A DNA stretch of 64,000 bases from Thermoanaerobaculia bacterium (GTDB lineage: Bacteria; Acidobacteriota; Thermoanaerobaculia; UBA5066): contig CAVRAY010000001.1 in NCBI GenBank assembly GCA_963719225.1, positions 1,472,001 to 1,536,000 of the forward strand, read 5' to 3'. A program made the position numbers and the translations under genes. Numbering within the stretch: position 1 is the stretch's first letter; each line of letters starts with the position of its first letter. A model generated the notes under the pieces. It had not been told where the DNA came from. It searched no databases and saw only the letters and a program-made list of their open reading frames with translations. Shown piece by piece: positions 52,327 through 61,047 of this stretch.

Positions 52327-54519
52327 ATGCGGCCCGCGCTGGTTCTCGCCCTGGTGTTCCTGGCGGCTCGCCCGCTGGGCGCTCAGGGCATCCTCGAGTT
52401 CCCGCTCCCGGCGTCGGGAACCCCGTACGGAATCGCCTCGGGGCCTGATGGGGCGCTGTGGTTCACGGAGTTCGGCCTCAACAAGATCGGGCGGATCACG
52501 GCGGGAGGCGTGCTGACGGAGTTTCCCCTCGCCTTCGCCACGTCGCCGCGGGGGATCGCTTGGGGTCCGGACGGGGCGTTATGGTTCTGCGAGCTCAGCA
52601 CGAACATGATCGGCCGCATCACGACGGCCGGAGTGATCACGGAGTTCCCGGTTCCGGGGGGCGGCAGTCCGGAAGCGATCACGGCGGGACCCGACGGCGC
52701 TCTGTGGTTCACGGAGCTCTCGAGCAACCAGATCGGGCGGATCACGACGTCGGGCGTCATCACGGAGTACCTCGTGCCTTCGGCGGCCGGCGGTCTCTAC
52801 TCGATCGTGGGCGGCCCGGATGGGGCGCTGTGGTTCACGCTCTCGGGCGCCGACAAGATCGGGCGGATCACGACGTCCGGTGTCTTCACGCTCTTTCCCC
52901 TGCCCACGGCGGTCTCCTCTCCCGTGGCCATCGTGCCCGGCCCGGACGGAGCGCTTTGGTTCGTCGAGCGGGATGCCCATCAGGTCGTCCGGATCACGAC
53001 GTCGGGGGCCGTGACGGAGTACCCGATGCCGGAGACGACGCGCAGCTTTGGAATCGCGTCGGGTCCGGACGGGAACCTGTGGTTCACCGCGTTCGACGCC
53101 AACAAGATCGGTCGCATCACTCCCTCGGGCACGATCACGGAGTTCCTGATTCCGACGACCGACAGCGGGCCCTACGGCATCGTGACCGGAGCGGACGGCG
53201 GCCTGTGGTTCACGGAATACCGGGGTCAGAAGATCGGACGCTTTCAGATCGGGGGAACGCCGCCCCCGCAGATCGACGTCGAATTCTCCGCGGCCGGCAC
53301 GCCGTACGGGATCACGTCCGGCCCCGACGGCGCCGTCTGGTTCACGGAGGCCGGCCTCGGCAGGATCGGGCGGATCACGACGGGCGGCGTGTTGACGGAG
53401 TTTCCGGTTCCGACATTCGCCGCGCAACCGCGGGGAATCGCCGCGGGGCCGGACGGCGCCCTCTGGTTCACGGAGTTCGGCGCGAACAAGATCGGGCGCA
53501 TCACGACGTCGGGCGCGCTCACGGAGTTTCCCGTCCCGGGCGGGGGAAACGCCGAGGCGATAACGGCGGGGCCGGACGGGGCGCTGTGGTTCACGGAGTT
53601 CACGAGCAATCAGATCGGGCGAATCACGACCGCGGGGGCCATCACGGAATACGCGGTTCCGGTGGCGGCGGGCGGTCTCTATTCGATCGTCAGAGGCCCG
53701 GACGGCGCGCTCTGGTTCGCGCTATCGGGCGCCAACAAGGTCGGCCGGATCACGACCGCAGGGGCGATCACCCTGTTTCCGATCCCGACGAACAACGCCT
53801 CGCCGGTCTGGATCACGTCCGGGCCGGACGGAGCGCTCTGGTTCGTGGAGCGCGACGCCGGAAAGATCGGGCGGATCACGACGGCGGGGTCCGTCACGGA
53901 GTACCCGCTGCCGGTTTATTCACGGACCTTCGGCATCGCCACCGGCTCCGACGGGAACCTCTGGTTCACCAGCTTCGATGCCGACAGGATTGGCCGTATC
54001 ACGCCGGCCGGGGCGATCTCGGAATTCCTGATCCCGACGCCCGAGGCCGGGCCGTACGCCATCGCGGCCGGACCGGACGGCGCTCTCTGGTTCACGGAGT
54101 ACCGCGCGAACAAGATCGGCAAAATCACGCCGCCGGCGCCGCTCACGGGAGCCCACCTGCATCCGATCGCCCCGTGCCGCGCGGTCGATACGCGGAACAC
54201 GGACGGGCCGGTCGGAGGCCCCGCCCTCGTCGCCGGCACCGAGCGTCTCTTCGCGCTGGCCGGCCGGTGCGGGGTGCCTTCTGGCGCACGCGCTCTCACG
54301 GTCAACATCACAGTTACCCGGGGAACGGCATCAGGCTCGCTGAGCCTTTATCCCGCGGGATCGGGACTGCCGATCGCGACGTCGATCAGCTACGGCACCG
54401 GACAGACGCGTGCGAACAACGCGATCGTCGGGCTCGGGAGCGGCGTGACGTTCGTCTTCTGCCGTCAGCCGGCGGGCACGGTGCACTTCATCGTGGACGT
54501 GAGCGGCTACTTCCAGTGA
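52327..54519 (+). CDS. Secreted protein: two tandem Vgb-lyase-like 7-bladed beta-propellers + C-terminal PCR-x-x-DTR domain
   Basis: Signal peptide; 14 G[PAS]DGxxWF repeats; internal duplication at 879-bp offset; PCRAVDTR...DVSGYFQ. Confidence 0.88.
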   Translation: MRPALVLALVFLAARPLGAQGILEFPLPASGTPYGIASGPDGALWFTEFGLNKIGRITAGGVLTEFPLAFATSPRGIAWGPDGALWFCELSTNMIGRITTAGVITEFPVPGGGSPEAITAGPDGALWFTELSSNQIGRITTSGVITEYLVPSAAGGLYSIVGGPDGALWFTLSGADKIGRITTSGVFTLFPLPTAVSSPVAIVPGPDGALWFVERDAHQVVRITTSGAVTEYPMPETTRSFGIASGPDGNLWFTAFDANKIGRITPSGTITEFLIPTTDSGPYGIVTGADGGLWFTEYRGQKIGRFQIGGTPPPQIDVEFSAAGTPYGITSGPDGAVWFTEAGLGRIGRITTGGVLTEFPVPTFAAQPRGIAAGPDGALWFTEFGANKIGRITTSGALTEFPVPGGGNAEAITAGPDGALWFTEFTSNQIGRITTAGAITEYAVPVAAGGLYSIVRGPDGALWFALSGANKVGRITTAGAITLFPIPTNNASPVWITSGPDGALWFVERDAGKIGRITTAGSVTEYPLPVYSRTFGIATGSDGNLWFTSFDADRIGRITPAGAISEFLIPTPEAGPYAIAAGPDGALWFTEYRANKIGKITPPAPLTGAHLHPIAPCRAVDTRNTDGPVGGPALVAGTERLFALAGRCGVPSGARALTVNITVTRGTASGSLSLYPAGSGLPIATSISYGTGQTRANNAIVGLGSGVTFVFCRQPAGTVHFIVDVSGYFQ

Positions 54520-54557
54520 GTGGCGACCGGACGACCTAGAATCGCGCGGGAGGTCCG

Positions 54558-55265
54558 ATGTCCGCGGAGAGCCCCGACGCCGTCGACGCGCTCGAGCGCG
54601 CTCTCGGCCATCGCTTTCGCGATTCCGTCCTGCTTCGCCGCGCCCTCACGCACGCCTCGTTCGCGAACGAGAACGTGGACGTGGAGGACAACGAGAAGCT
54701 GGAGTTCCTCGGCGACAGCGTCCTCAACTTCCTCGTGGCGGAAAAGCTCTTCGCGGCGTTTCCTCTCGAGAACGAGGGCACGCTGTCAAAGGCCCGTTCG
54801 CAGCTCGTCTCGGAAGAGCACTTCGCGTCGCTCGCGCGACGCATCGGGCTCGGTTCGGCGCTGCGCCTCTCGCCCGGCGAGGAACGCTCGGGCGGCCGCG
54901 ACCGCGACGCGCGCCTCGCGGACGCCTTCGAGGCGGTGTTCGCGGCGCTCCTGCTCGATGGCGGGATCGAGGCGGCGCGCGAGGCGGCCGGACGCCTCTT
55001 CGACGCGGACCTGGCCGCGCTCGACCTCGGAGAGCTCCACCGGCACGACCCCAAGACGGCGCTCCAGGAGAGGGCGCAGGCGGAAGGAAAGCCGCTGCCG
55101 GCCTATCAACTCGTCGAGGAGAGCGGCCCGCCGCACGACAGGCGCTTCGCCTATGAAGTGACTTATGGCGAGGAATTCAGCGCACGCGGACAGGGGAACT
55201 CGAAGAAGGACGCCCAGCGGGCCGCGGCTGACGCCCTGCTGAAGAGTCTGGAGAAGAAAGAATAG
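54558..55265 (+). CDS. rnc: Ribonuclease III
   Basis: ALTHAS, NEKLEFLGD, ADAFEA; dsRBD (DPKTALQE, GPPH, SKKDAQ). Confidence 0.95.
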   Translation: MSAESPDAVDALERALGHRFRDSVLLRRALTHASFANENVDVEDNEKLEFLGDSVLNFLVAEKLFAAFPLENEGTLSKARSQLVSEEHFASLARRIGLGSALRLSPGEERSGGRDRDARLADAFEAVFAALLLDGGIEAAREAAGRLFDADLAALDLGELHRHDPKTALQERAQAEGKPLPAYQLVEESGPPHDRRFAYEVTYGEEFSARGQGNSKKDAQRAAADALLKSLEKKE

Positions 55266-55276
55266 AAGAATTTCTT

Positions 55277-55349
55277 CCTGCAAGGAAATGACTTGGCTTG
55301 CGCATATCGATCTGGAGCCGGTTCACGTGTGGCCGGCCGGGAGGTTGGT
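55277..55349 (+). promoter_or_regulatory. Conserved upstream element, copy 1 (TGCAAG-N17-GCATAT + leader/RBS)
   Basis: Aligns without gaps to 58185-58257 at offset 2908. Confidence 0.55.
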
Positions 55350-58085
55350 ATGCGCTGTGGTCGCCTCGCCCGGGAGTCCCTTGCCGCGGTCGTCCTGCTG
55401 CTCGCGTGTCCCGCCTCCGCCCAGTCGACCTGGACGATCCCCGGGATCGTGAACGCGGGCGGACTCAACAACACACGCTTCGTCTCGGACGTGATGATGA
55501 CGAACCCGGGGGCGACGGCGACGGAAGTCACGATCTCCTTCGTCCCGTCGTCGACCTCGAACGCGAGAACCGTCACGCTGAACGCCGGCGAGACGCTGGT
55601 GTACCGGAACGTCGTCGACTCGCTGTTCGGAACGTCGGGCGCCGGAGCTCTCTCGATCTCGTCCGACCAGCCGCTCCTCCTGCGCGCCAGGACGTACAAC
55701 ACGGCATCGGGCGGGACTTACGGCGTTGCGCTGCCCGTCTACCCGAACGACAGGCTCATGAGCGCGGGTGACAGGATGGACAGCCTCTGGATCAGCCAGG
55801 ACGCGTCGGGAAGGTCGGGGTATCGAACCAACATCGCCGTCGTGTTCCCGGACGAAAGAGGCGGTGCCGCCATCGTGACTGTCTTCGATGCGGAAGGGAA
55901 CGAGCGTGGCAAGCAGGACTACGCACTCGACACGGCCGGGCTCCAGCAGTTCGCGGTCGGCGGCTTCGCGGGGGCGGTTTCGATCGGACGAGCAGAGATC
56001 GCCGTGACGCGCGGACGGGCGGGAGGCTACGCGGTCGTCGTCGACAACGTGACGGGCGACAGCTCGCTCTTTGCGTTCGAGGATCGGCCCGCAGGCCGGC
56101 AGGACGTCCTCGTCAATGGCGTGGCGAGGGCGAACGGCCGCAACAACGCCTTCTTCCGGACGGACGGGCGCTTCTATAACCCGACGGACACGGACGCGAC
56201 GGTTCAAGTCGCCTTTCACGCGAGCGGCAATTCGAACCCGGCGCCCGCGACTGCATCATTCACGTTGCCCGCGGGGAAGATCCGCGACGTCGTGGACGTC
56301 CTCGACTCGCTTCTGGGCCTGCCCGTTGGATCCGCAGGCGCGCTGCGCTTCAAGTCCGACTGGCCGGTCGCGATCCTGTGCCGCACGAGCAATGTGGATC
56401 CCTCGGGCGCGCGGCAGGGAACGTTCGGCTCGCAGCAGAAGCCGGTGCCGGTCCTTTCGTTTCTGATGTCGGCGGACGCCGGAGCCGCGATCACGGGAAT
56501 GCGCCAGGACGCGGCCTTCCGGACGAACGTCGGTTTCGCAGCCGGTGGGGAGGGCGCGGTCTACACGCTGACGCTGACGACAGCCCCGGGCGCGACGGTG
56601 GCGACGACCTCGGGGTCGCTCGGCTCGTGGGGATGGACCCAGCCGAACATTCAGGACCTCTTCCCGGGTGCTTCGATCCCGGCGGACGCAACGCTGAAGG
56701 TCCAGGTGACCCAGGGCAGCGTCGACGTCTACGACTCCTCGATCGACAACCTCTCGGGGGACCCGGTCGTCACGCCGATCGCGCCGCTCCCGGCCGACAT
56801 TCCGTCCGCGGCGACGATCGGTCCCGCGGGCGGATCGATCCGCTCCAGCGACGGGCGGCTGACGCTGAAGGTGCCGGCGGGCGCGCTGAGCCAGCCTGTG
56901 GCGTTCTCCTTCCAGTCCACGACGAACGACGCGCCGCAGGGGATGGGGCCCGGTTACCAGCTCTCTCCGTCGGGAGTCACATTCGCCAGGCCCGCGCTTC
57001 TGACGCTCGCTTACGTTCGCGCGGACACGGACAGCTCGAGTGCGGAGGCGCTGACCATCGTGAGGCGCAACGCCGCGGGTTGGACCATCGTCGGCGGAGG
57101 CACGGTCGACCCGGTTCGTCACAGTCTGACGGTCCCCCTGCTCTCGTCGTCTCCGGCCCCGGCGGCGCGTGGGCAGGTGCGGAGCTCCGCCGCGGCCGGA
57201 CTGGGCGACCTGGAGGTCGTGAGGAGCTGGGAGCTCCAGCCGTCGGGCCGTCAGACCGTCTTCACGAAGAAACAACTCAAGTTCTCGGTCTACTCGGTTT
57301 CGGAGTCGTCGAGCAGCAGCCTGGGCGACTTCCTGAATGGGCCCATCCTCTCGAACTCACCGTACGAGGTGAAGGCCGATTGGTACGCGAACGACGTTCC
57401 ATATGGAGACACCGAGAATGGCTACATCGCCCCCGAGACAGGAACTCTCAGCGCGCTCTATCAGGCGCCCAACTGTGCCCCGCACGAGAACCCCGTGAGG
57501 ATCGACGCCGTGATCATCAACAGGACCGGTTTCAAGATGCCGTACCGGCCGAGTGGCCTCGCACAAGTGCGCGTTGTCCCGCGAGATTGGAAATTGAAGA
57601 TCGCGCCGCACTTCTTCATTGTCTGTGCTGTCAACAAGAACCCGTTCTCGGACGAAGTCAAGTGGGTCGAGGGCATGGAGGTCGATTTCAGCCTCCAAGA
57701 CGACTTCCATACTCAGACGAATTTCCTGCTTCCCGCGCCGAGTTCCCATGCGCGGTCCGCGTGCCCGGTCTGCCCGGGCGGGAAATTGATAACGCATGAC
57801 CCGGGCGGCGCGGACAGTCCGCTGCTGGTGATCCTCCCCGAAATCCGGTGGAACAAGGAAACCGACAACATGACATTGGACCTCACCCTCTCGTATGACG
57901 GCCGCACAGGGGCCCGGAGCAAATGCGATAAGGAAGAGTTCTACCCGGAAACCGACTACGGCGGCTTCGATGATTCCACGAGGTACGTCTTCGCGCCAGG
58001 TGAGACCAAGGGGTTCATCCATCATCTGGAGAGAGGCGTGAGTACCCTGCTCGGCAGCGTGAAGCTTGAGGAGCACTGCCGCTAG
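55350..58085 (+). CDS. Large secreted protein, paralog 1 (repeated beta-sandwich-like units, ZU5-like domain, variable Cys-containing C-terminus)
   Basis: GGGAGG RBS; signal peptide ..ASAQ; internal repeats (F.SD/FRTD..NP; RTNIAV/RTNVG); IGPAGGSIRSSDGRLTLKVPAGAL. Confidence 0.85.
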   Translation: MRCGRLARESLAAVVLLLACPASAQSTWTIPGIVNAGGLNNTRFVSDVMMTNPGATATEVTISFVPSSTSNARTVTLNAGETLVYRNVVDSLFGTSGAGALSISSDQPLLLRARTYNTASGGTYGVALPVYPNDRLMSAGDRMDSLWISQDASGRSGYRTNIAVVFPDERGGAAIVTVFDAEGNERGKQDYALDTAGLQQFAVGGFAGAVSIGRAEIAVTRGRAGGYAVVVDNVTGDSSLFAFEDRPAGRQDVLVNGVARANGRNNAFFRTDGRFYNPTDTDATVQVAFHASGNSNPAPATASFTLPAGKIRDVVDVLDSLLGLPVGSAGALRFKSDWPVAILCRTSNVDPSGARQGTFGSQQKPVPVLSFLMSADAGAAITGMRQDAAFRTNVGFAAGGEGAVYTLTLTTAPGATVATTSGSLGSWGWTQPNIQDLFPGASIPADATLKVQVTQGSVDVYDSSIDNLSGDPVVTPIAPLPADIPSAATIGPAGGSIRSSDGRLTLKVPAGALSQPVAFSFQSTTNDAPQGMGPGYQLSPSGVTFARPALLTLAYVRADTDSSSAEALTIVRRNAAGWTIVGGGTVDPVRHSLTVPLLSSSPAPAARGQVRSSAAAGLGDLEVVRSWELQPSGRQTVFTKKQLKFSVYSVSESSSSSLGDFLNGPILSNSPYEVKADWYANDVPYGDTENGYIAPETGTLSALYQAPNCAPHENPVRIDAVIINRTGFKMPYRPSGLAQVRVVPRDWKLKIAPHFFIVCAVNKNPFSDEVKWVEGMEVDFSLQDDFHTQTNFLLPAPSSHARSACPVCPGGKLITHDPGGADSPLLVILPEIRWNKETDNMTLDLTLSYDGRTGARSKCDKEEFYPETDYGGFDDSTRYVFAPGETKGFIHHLERGVSTLLGSVKLEEHCR

Positions 58086-58184
58086 TCGCATCCGTCACGC
58101 GCCCTGAGCGCTTCGGCAAAAGGGAAACCCGGCCTCAGGCTGACACGCGGCCCGCGGCCGGCTGCACGCATCTTTCCAGCAGAG

Positions 58185-58257
58185 CCTGCAACGAATCTCC
58201 TCCGTTTGCGCATATCTGTCTGGAGCCGGTTCACGTTTGGCCGGCCGGGAGGATCGG
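58185..58257 (+). promoter_or_regulatory. Conserved upstream element, copy 2 (TGCAAC-N17-GCATAT + leader/RBS)
   Basis: Aligns without gaps to 55277-55349. Confidence 0.55.
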
Positions 58258-61029
58258 ATGCGCGTCAGTCGCCTTGCAACGGAGTCTCTTGCCGCGGTCG
58301 TTCTGCTGCTCGCGTCTCCCGCCCAGGCCCAGTCGGCCTGGACGATTCCGGGGATCGTGAATGCAGGCGGCCTCAACAACACCCGCTTCGTCTCGGACTT
58401 CACGGCGACGAACCCGGGGACGGCGGCCGCGCAGGTGACGATCGACTTCTTCCCCTCGTCGACGCCGAACCCGAAGAGCGTCATGCTGAGCCCCGGTCAG
58501 ACGATCGTCTATAGGAACATCGTCGACTCGCTGTTCGGAACATCGGGCGCCGGAGCGCTCTCGGTCTCGTCGGCGCAGCCCCTCCTCCTGCGCGCCCGGA
58601 CGTACAACACGGCCTCCGGCGGAACCTACGGCGTCGCGCTGCCCGTTTACCCGAGCGACAGGCTCATGGCCCCGGGTGACAGGGCGGACAGCCTCTGGAT
58701 CAGCCAGGACGCGTCGCGGGGCTCGGGGTACAGAACCAACATTGCCGTCGTCTTCCCGGATCAAACGGGCGGCTCCGCGACCGTGACGGTCTTCGACGCG
58801 GACGGGAAGGAGCTCGGCCGGAAGAACTACTTTCTCGACGCGGCCGGCTTCCAGCAGTTCTCGGTCGGGTCGTTCGCGGGGGCCGTGTCCGTCGGCCGGG
58901 CGCAGATCCACGTCACGCGCGGCCGCGCTGCTGGCTATGGCGTCGTGGTCGATAACGTGACGGGCGACAGCTCGCTCTTCACGTTCGAGGACCTGCCCGG
59001 CGGCATCCAGGACGTCCTCGTCAACGGCGTCGCGCGGGCGAACGGCCGGAGCGGGGCGTTCTTCCGGACGGACGGCCGTTTCTACAACCCCACTGACACG
59101 GACGCGACGATCACCGTTTCATTCCACGCGAGTGGTAACGGGAACCCCTCCCCCGCGACCGCGTCATTCACTCTCCGGGCGGGGAAGATCCGGGATGTCG
59201 TCGACGTCCTCGACGCTCTCCTGGCCCTTCCCGTCGGCTCCGCGGGCGCGCTCCACTTCCAATCGGACTGGCCGGTTGCGATCCTGTGCCGCACGAGCAA
59301 CGTGGATCCGACAGGCGCGAACCCCGGCACGTTCGGCGCCCAGCAGAAACCCGTGCCGATTCTGTCGTTCCTCACTTCGGCGGATCCCGGAGCGGCGATA
59401 ACGGGCATCCGCCAGGACGCGGCCTTCCGGACGAACGTCGGCTTCGCGGCCGGCTGGGATGGCGCGCAGTACACACTCACGCTGGCAACGGCCACCGGCG
59501 CGACGGTGGCGACGACCACGGCCTCGCTCGGCGCGTGGGGCTGGACGCAGCCGAACGTTCAGGACCTCTTCCCGGGCACCTCGATCCCGGCCGACGCCAC
59601 GCTGAGGATCAAGGTGACGGAGGGGAGCCTCGACGTCTATGACTCGTCGATCGACAACGCCTCGGGCGATCCGGTCGTGACGCCGATCGCGGCGCTGCCG
59701 GCAACCATCCCGTCTTCCGCGACGATCGGGCCGCAGGGCGGATCGATCCGCTCGAGCGACGGGCGGCTGACGCTGAGGGTACCCGCCGGCGCGCTCAGTC
59801 AGGCCACGTCACTCTCATTCCAGAACGCGACGAACGACGCGCCTCAGGGCACCGGGCCTGGTTACCAGCTCTTTCCGTCCGGAATCACATTCGCGAGGTC
59901 CGCGCTTCTGACGCTCGCCTACGGCCGCTCGGAGGTCGAAGGGTCGAGCGCGGAGGCGCTGACGATCACGAGGCGGACTGCCGGCGGCTGGGCCATCCTT
60001 CGAGGAGGGTCGATCGACCCGGCTCGGCACACTCTGACGGTCCCGCTCCGCTCGAGCGTTTCAGGCGCAACGTTCTCGGATCCCCGGTCGCGCGCTCCCG
60101 CCGCGACCGGGCTGGATGATCTCGCCGTCGCGAGGAGCTGGGAACTCGTGCCGTCGGGCCGTTGGGGCGTGTTTACGGGAAGCCAGAAAAGATTTTCCGT
60201 CTATTCTGTTGGAGAATCTTCCAGCATCCTGCGGTACCTCTTCGACCCGAACGAACCCCTCCTCTCGAACTCCCCACTGGAAGTGGCGGCGGACTGGTAT
60301 GCGAACCGTTTCCTCTATGGAGACGAAGAGAATGGCTTCATTGGCCTCCTGCAGGGATCTCTGTCCGTCATCTACAAGGCGCCCGATTGTCCTCCGCCGT
60401 TCAATCCGGTCGAAATCGAGGCGACGATCATCAACAGGAGCGGTTTCCGGATGGCGTATCGGCCCTCCGGCCGCATACAAGTGCGCGTGCTTCCTCGGAA
60501 GTGGAAATTCGAATTCACTGTCGATACGCGGTTCGACTGCAGGAGCCGGCGGGTGGGGGGCGGTACGCCGTCGAATTTCTCGGACCATCTCGGTTGGGAC
60601 GTCACGGTGAGCTTCACTCTGGACGACGAGTTCAGGGTCGTCGAGAACACTCTCGAAAGTCTGACGGCTCGCCACGGCACACCGACCTACTGCGGGCCCT
60701 ACCCCGACTGCGGGGCGGACCCGGTCATCCGGGAGGGCTCCCCGCCGTTCCTCGCGGTACCGAACGTAAGCGGGCTCTGGGACCGCGACTCCGACACGTT
60801 CGGGCTTCGCATCATCATCGCTGGCTTCGGCCCCGGCGATTATCGAGTGCACTGCACCGGCGACACTTACGCCCAGACGACCGGCAATTACGCGCACTTC
60901 GGTTACTCCTCAATACACACGTTGCTTCCGGGCAGGAGCGTCCCGTTCAGGGCCTCCCCCGACGGGTTCGACAACGAGGTCGAGGACTCGACGACGATCA
61001 CCGGCACGCTGTATTACGAGTGCCCCTAG
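58258..61029 (+). CDS. Large secreted protein, paralog 2
   Basis: Colinear with and highly similar to 55350-58085 up to QVRV.PR.WK, then strongly divergent. Confidence 0.85.
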   Translation: MRVSRLATESLAAVVLLLASPAQAQSAWTIPGIVNAGGLNNTRFVSDFTATNPGTAAAQVTIDFFPSSTPNPKSVMLSPGQTIVYRNIVDSLFGTSGAGALSVSSAQPLLLRARTYNTASGGTYGVALPVYPSDRLMAPGDRADSLWISQDASRGSGYRTNIAVVFPDQTGGSATVTVFDADGKELGRKNYFLDAAGFQQFSVGSFAGAVSVGRAQIHVTRGRAAGYGVVVDNVTGDSSLFTFEDLPGGIQDVLVNGVARANGRSGAFFRTDGRFYNPTDTDATITVSFHASGNGNPSPATASFTLRAGKIRDVVDVLDALLALPVGSAGALHFQSDWPVAILCRTSNVDPTGANPGTFGAQQKPVPILSFLTSADPGAAITGIRQDAAFRTNVGFAAGWDGAQYTLTLATATGATVATTTASLGAWGWTQPNVQDLFPGTSIPADATLRIKVTEGSLDVYDSSIDNASGDPVVTPIAALPATIPSSATIGPQGGSIRSSDGRLTLRVPAGALSQATSLSFQNATNDAPQGTGPGYQLFPSGITFARSALLTLAYGRSEVEGSSAEALTITRRTAGGWAILRGGSIDPARHTLTVPLRSSVSGATFSDPRSRAPAATGLDDLAVARSWELVPSGRWGVFTGSQKRFSVYSVGESSSILRYLFDPNEPLLSNSPLEVAADWYANRFLYGDEENGFIGLLQGSLSVIYKAPDCPPPFNPVEIEATIINRSGFRMAYRPSGRIQVRVLPRKWKFEFTVDTRFDCRSRRVGGGTPSNFSDHLGWDVTVSFTLDDEFRVVENTLESLTARHGTPTYCGPYPDCGADPVIREGSPPFLAVPNVSGLWDRDSDTFGLRIIIAGFGPGDYRVHCTGDTYAQTTGNYAHFGYSSIHTLLPGRSVPFRASPDGFDNEVEDSTTITGTLYYECP

Positions 61030-61047
61030 CCGGGGGGAGAACGAGCC

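Noticed and set aside
52420-54130. CRISPR-like periodic repeats (~126-bp period)
   Set aside because: Degenerate, in-frame protein blade repeats; no cas genes
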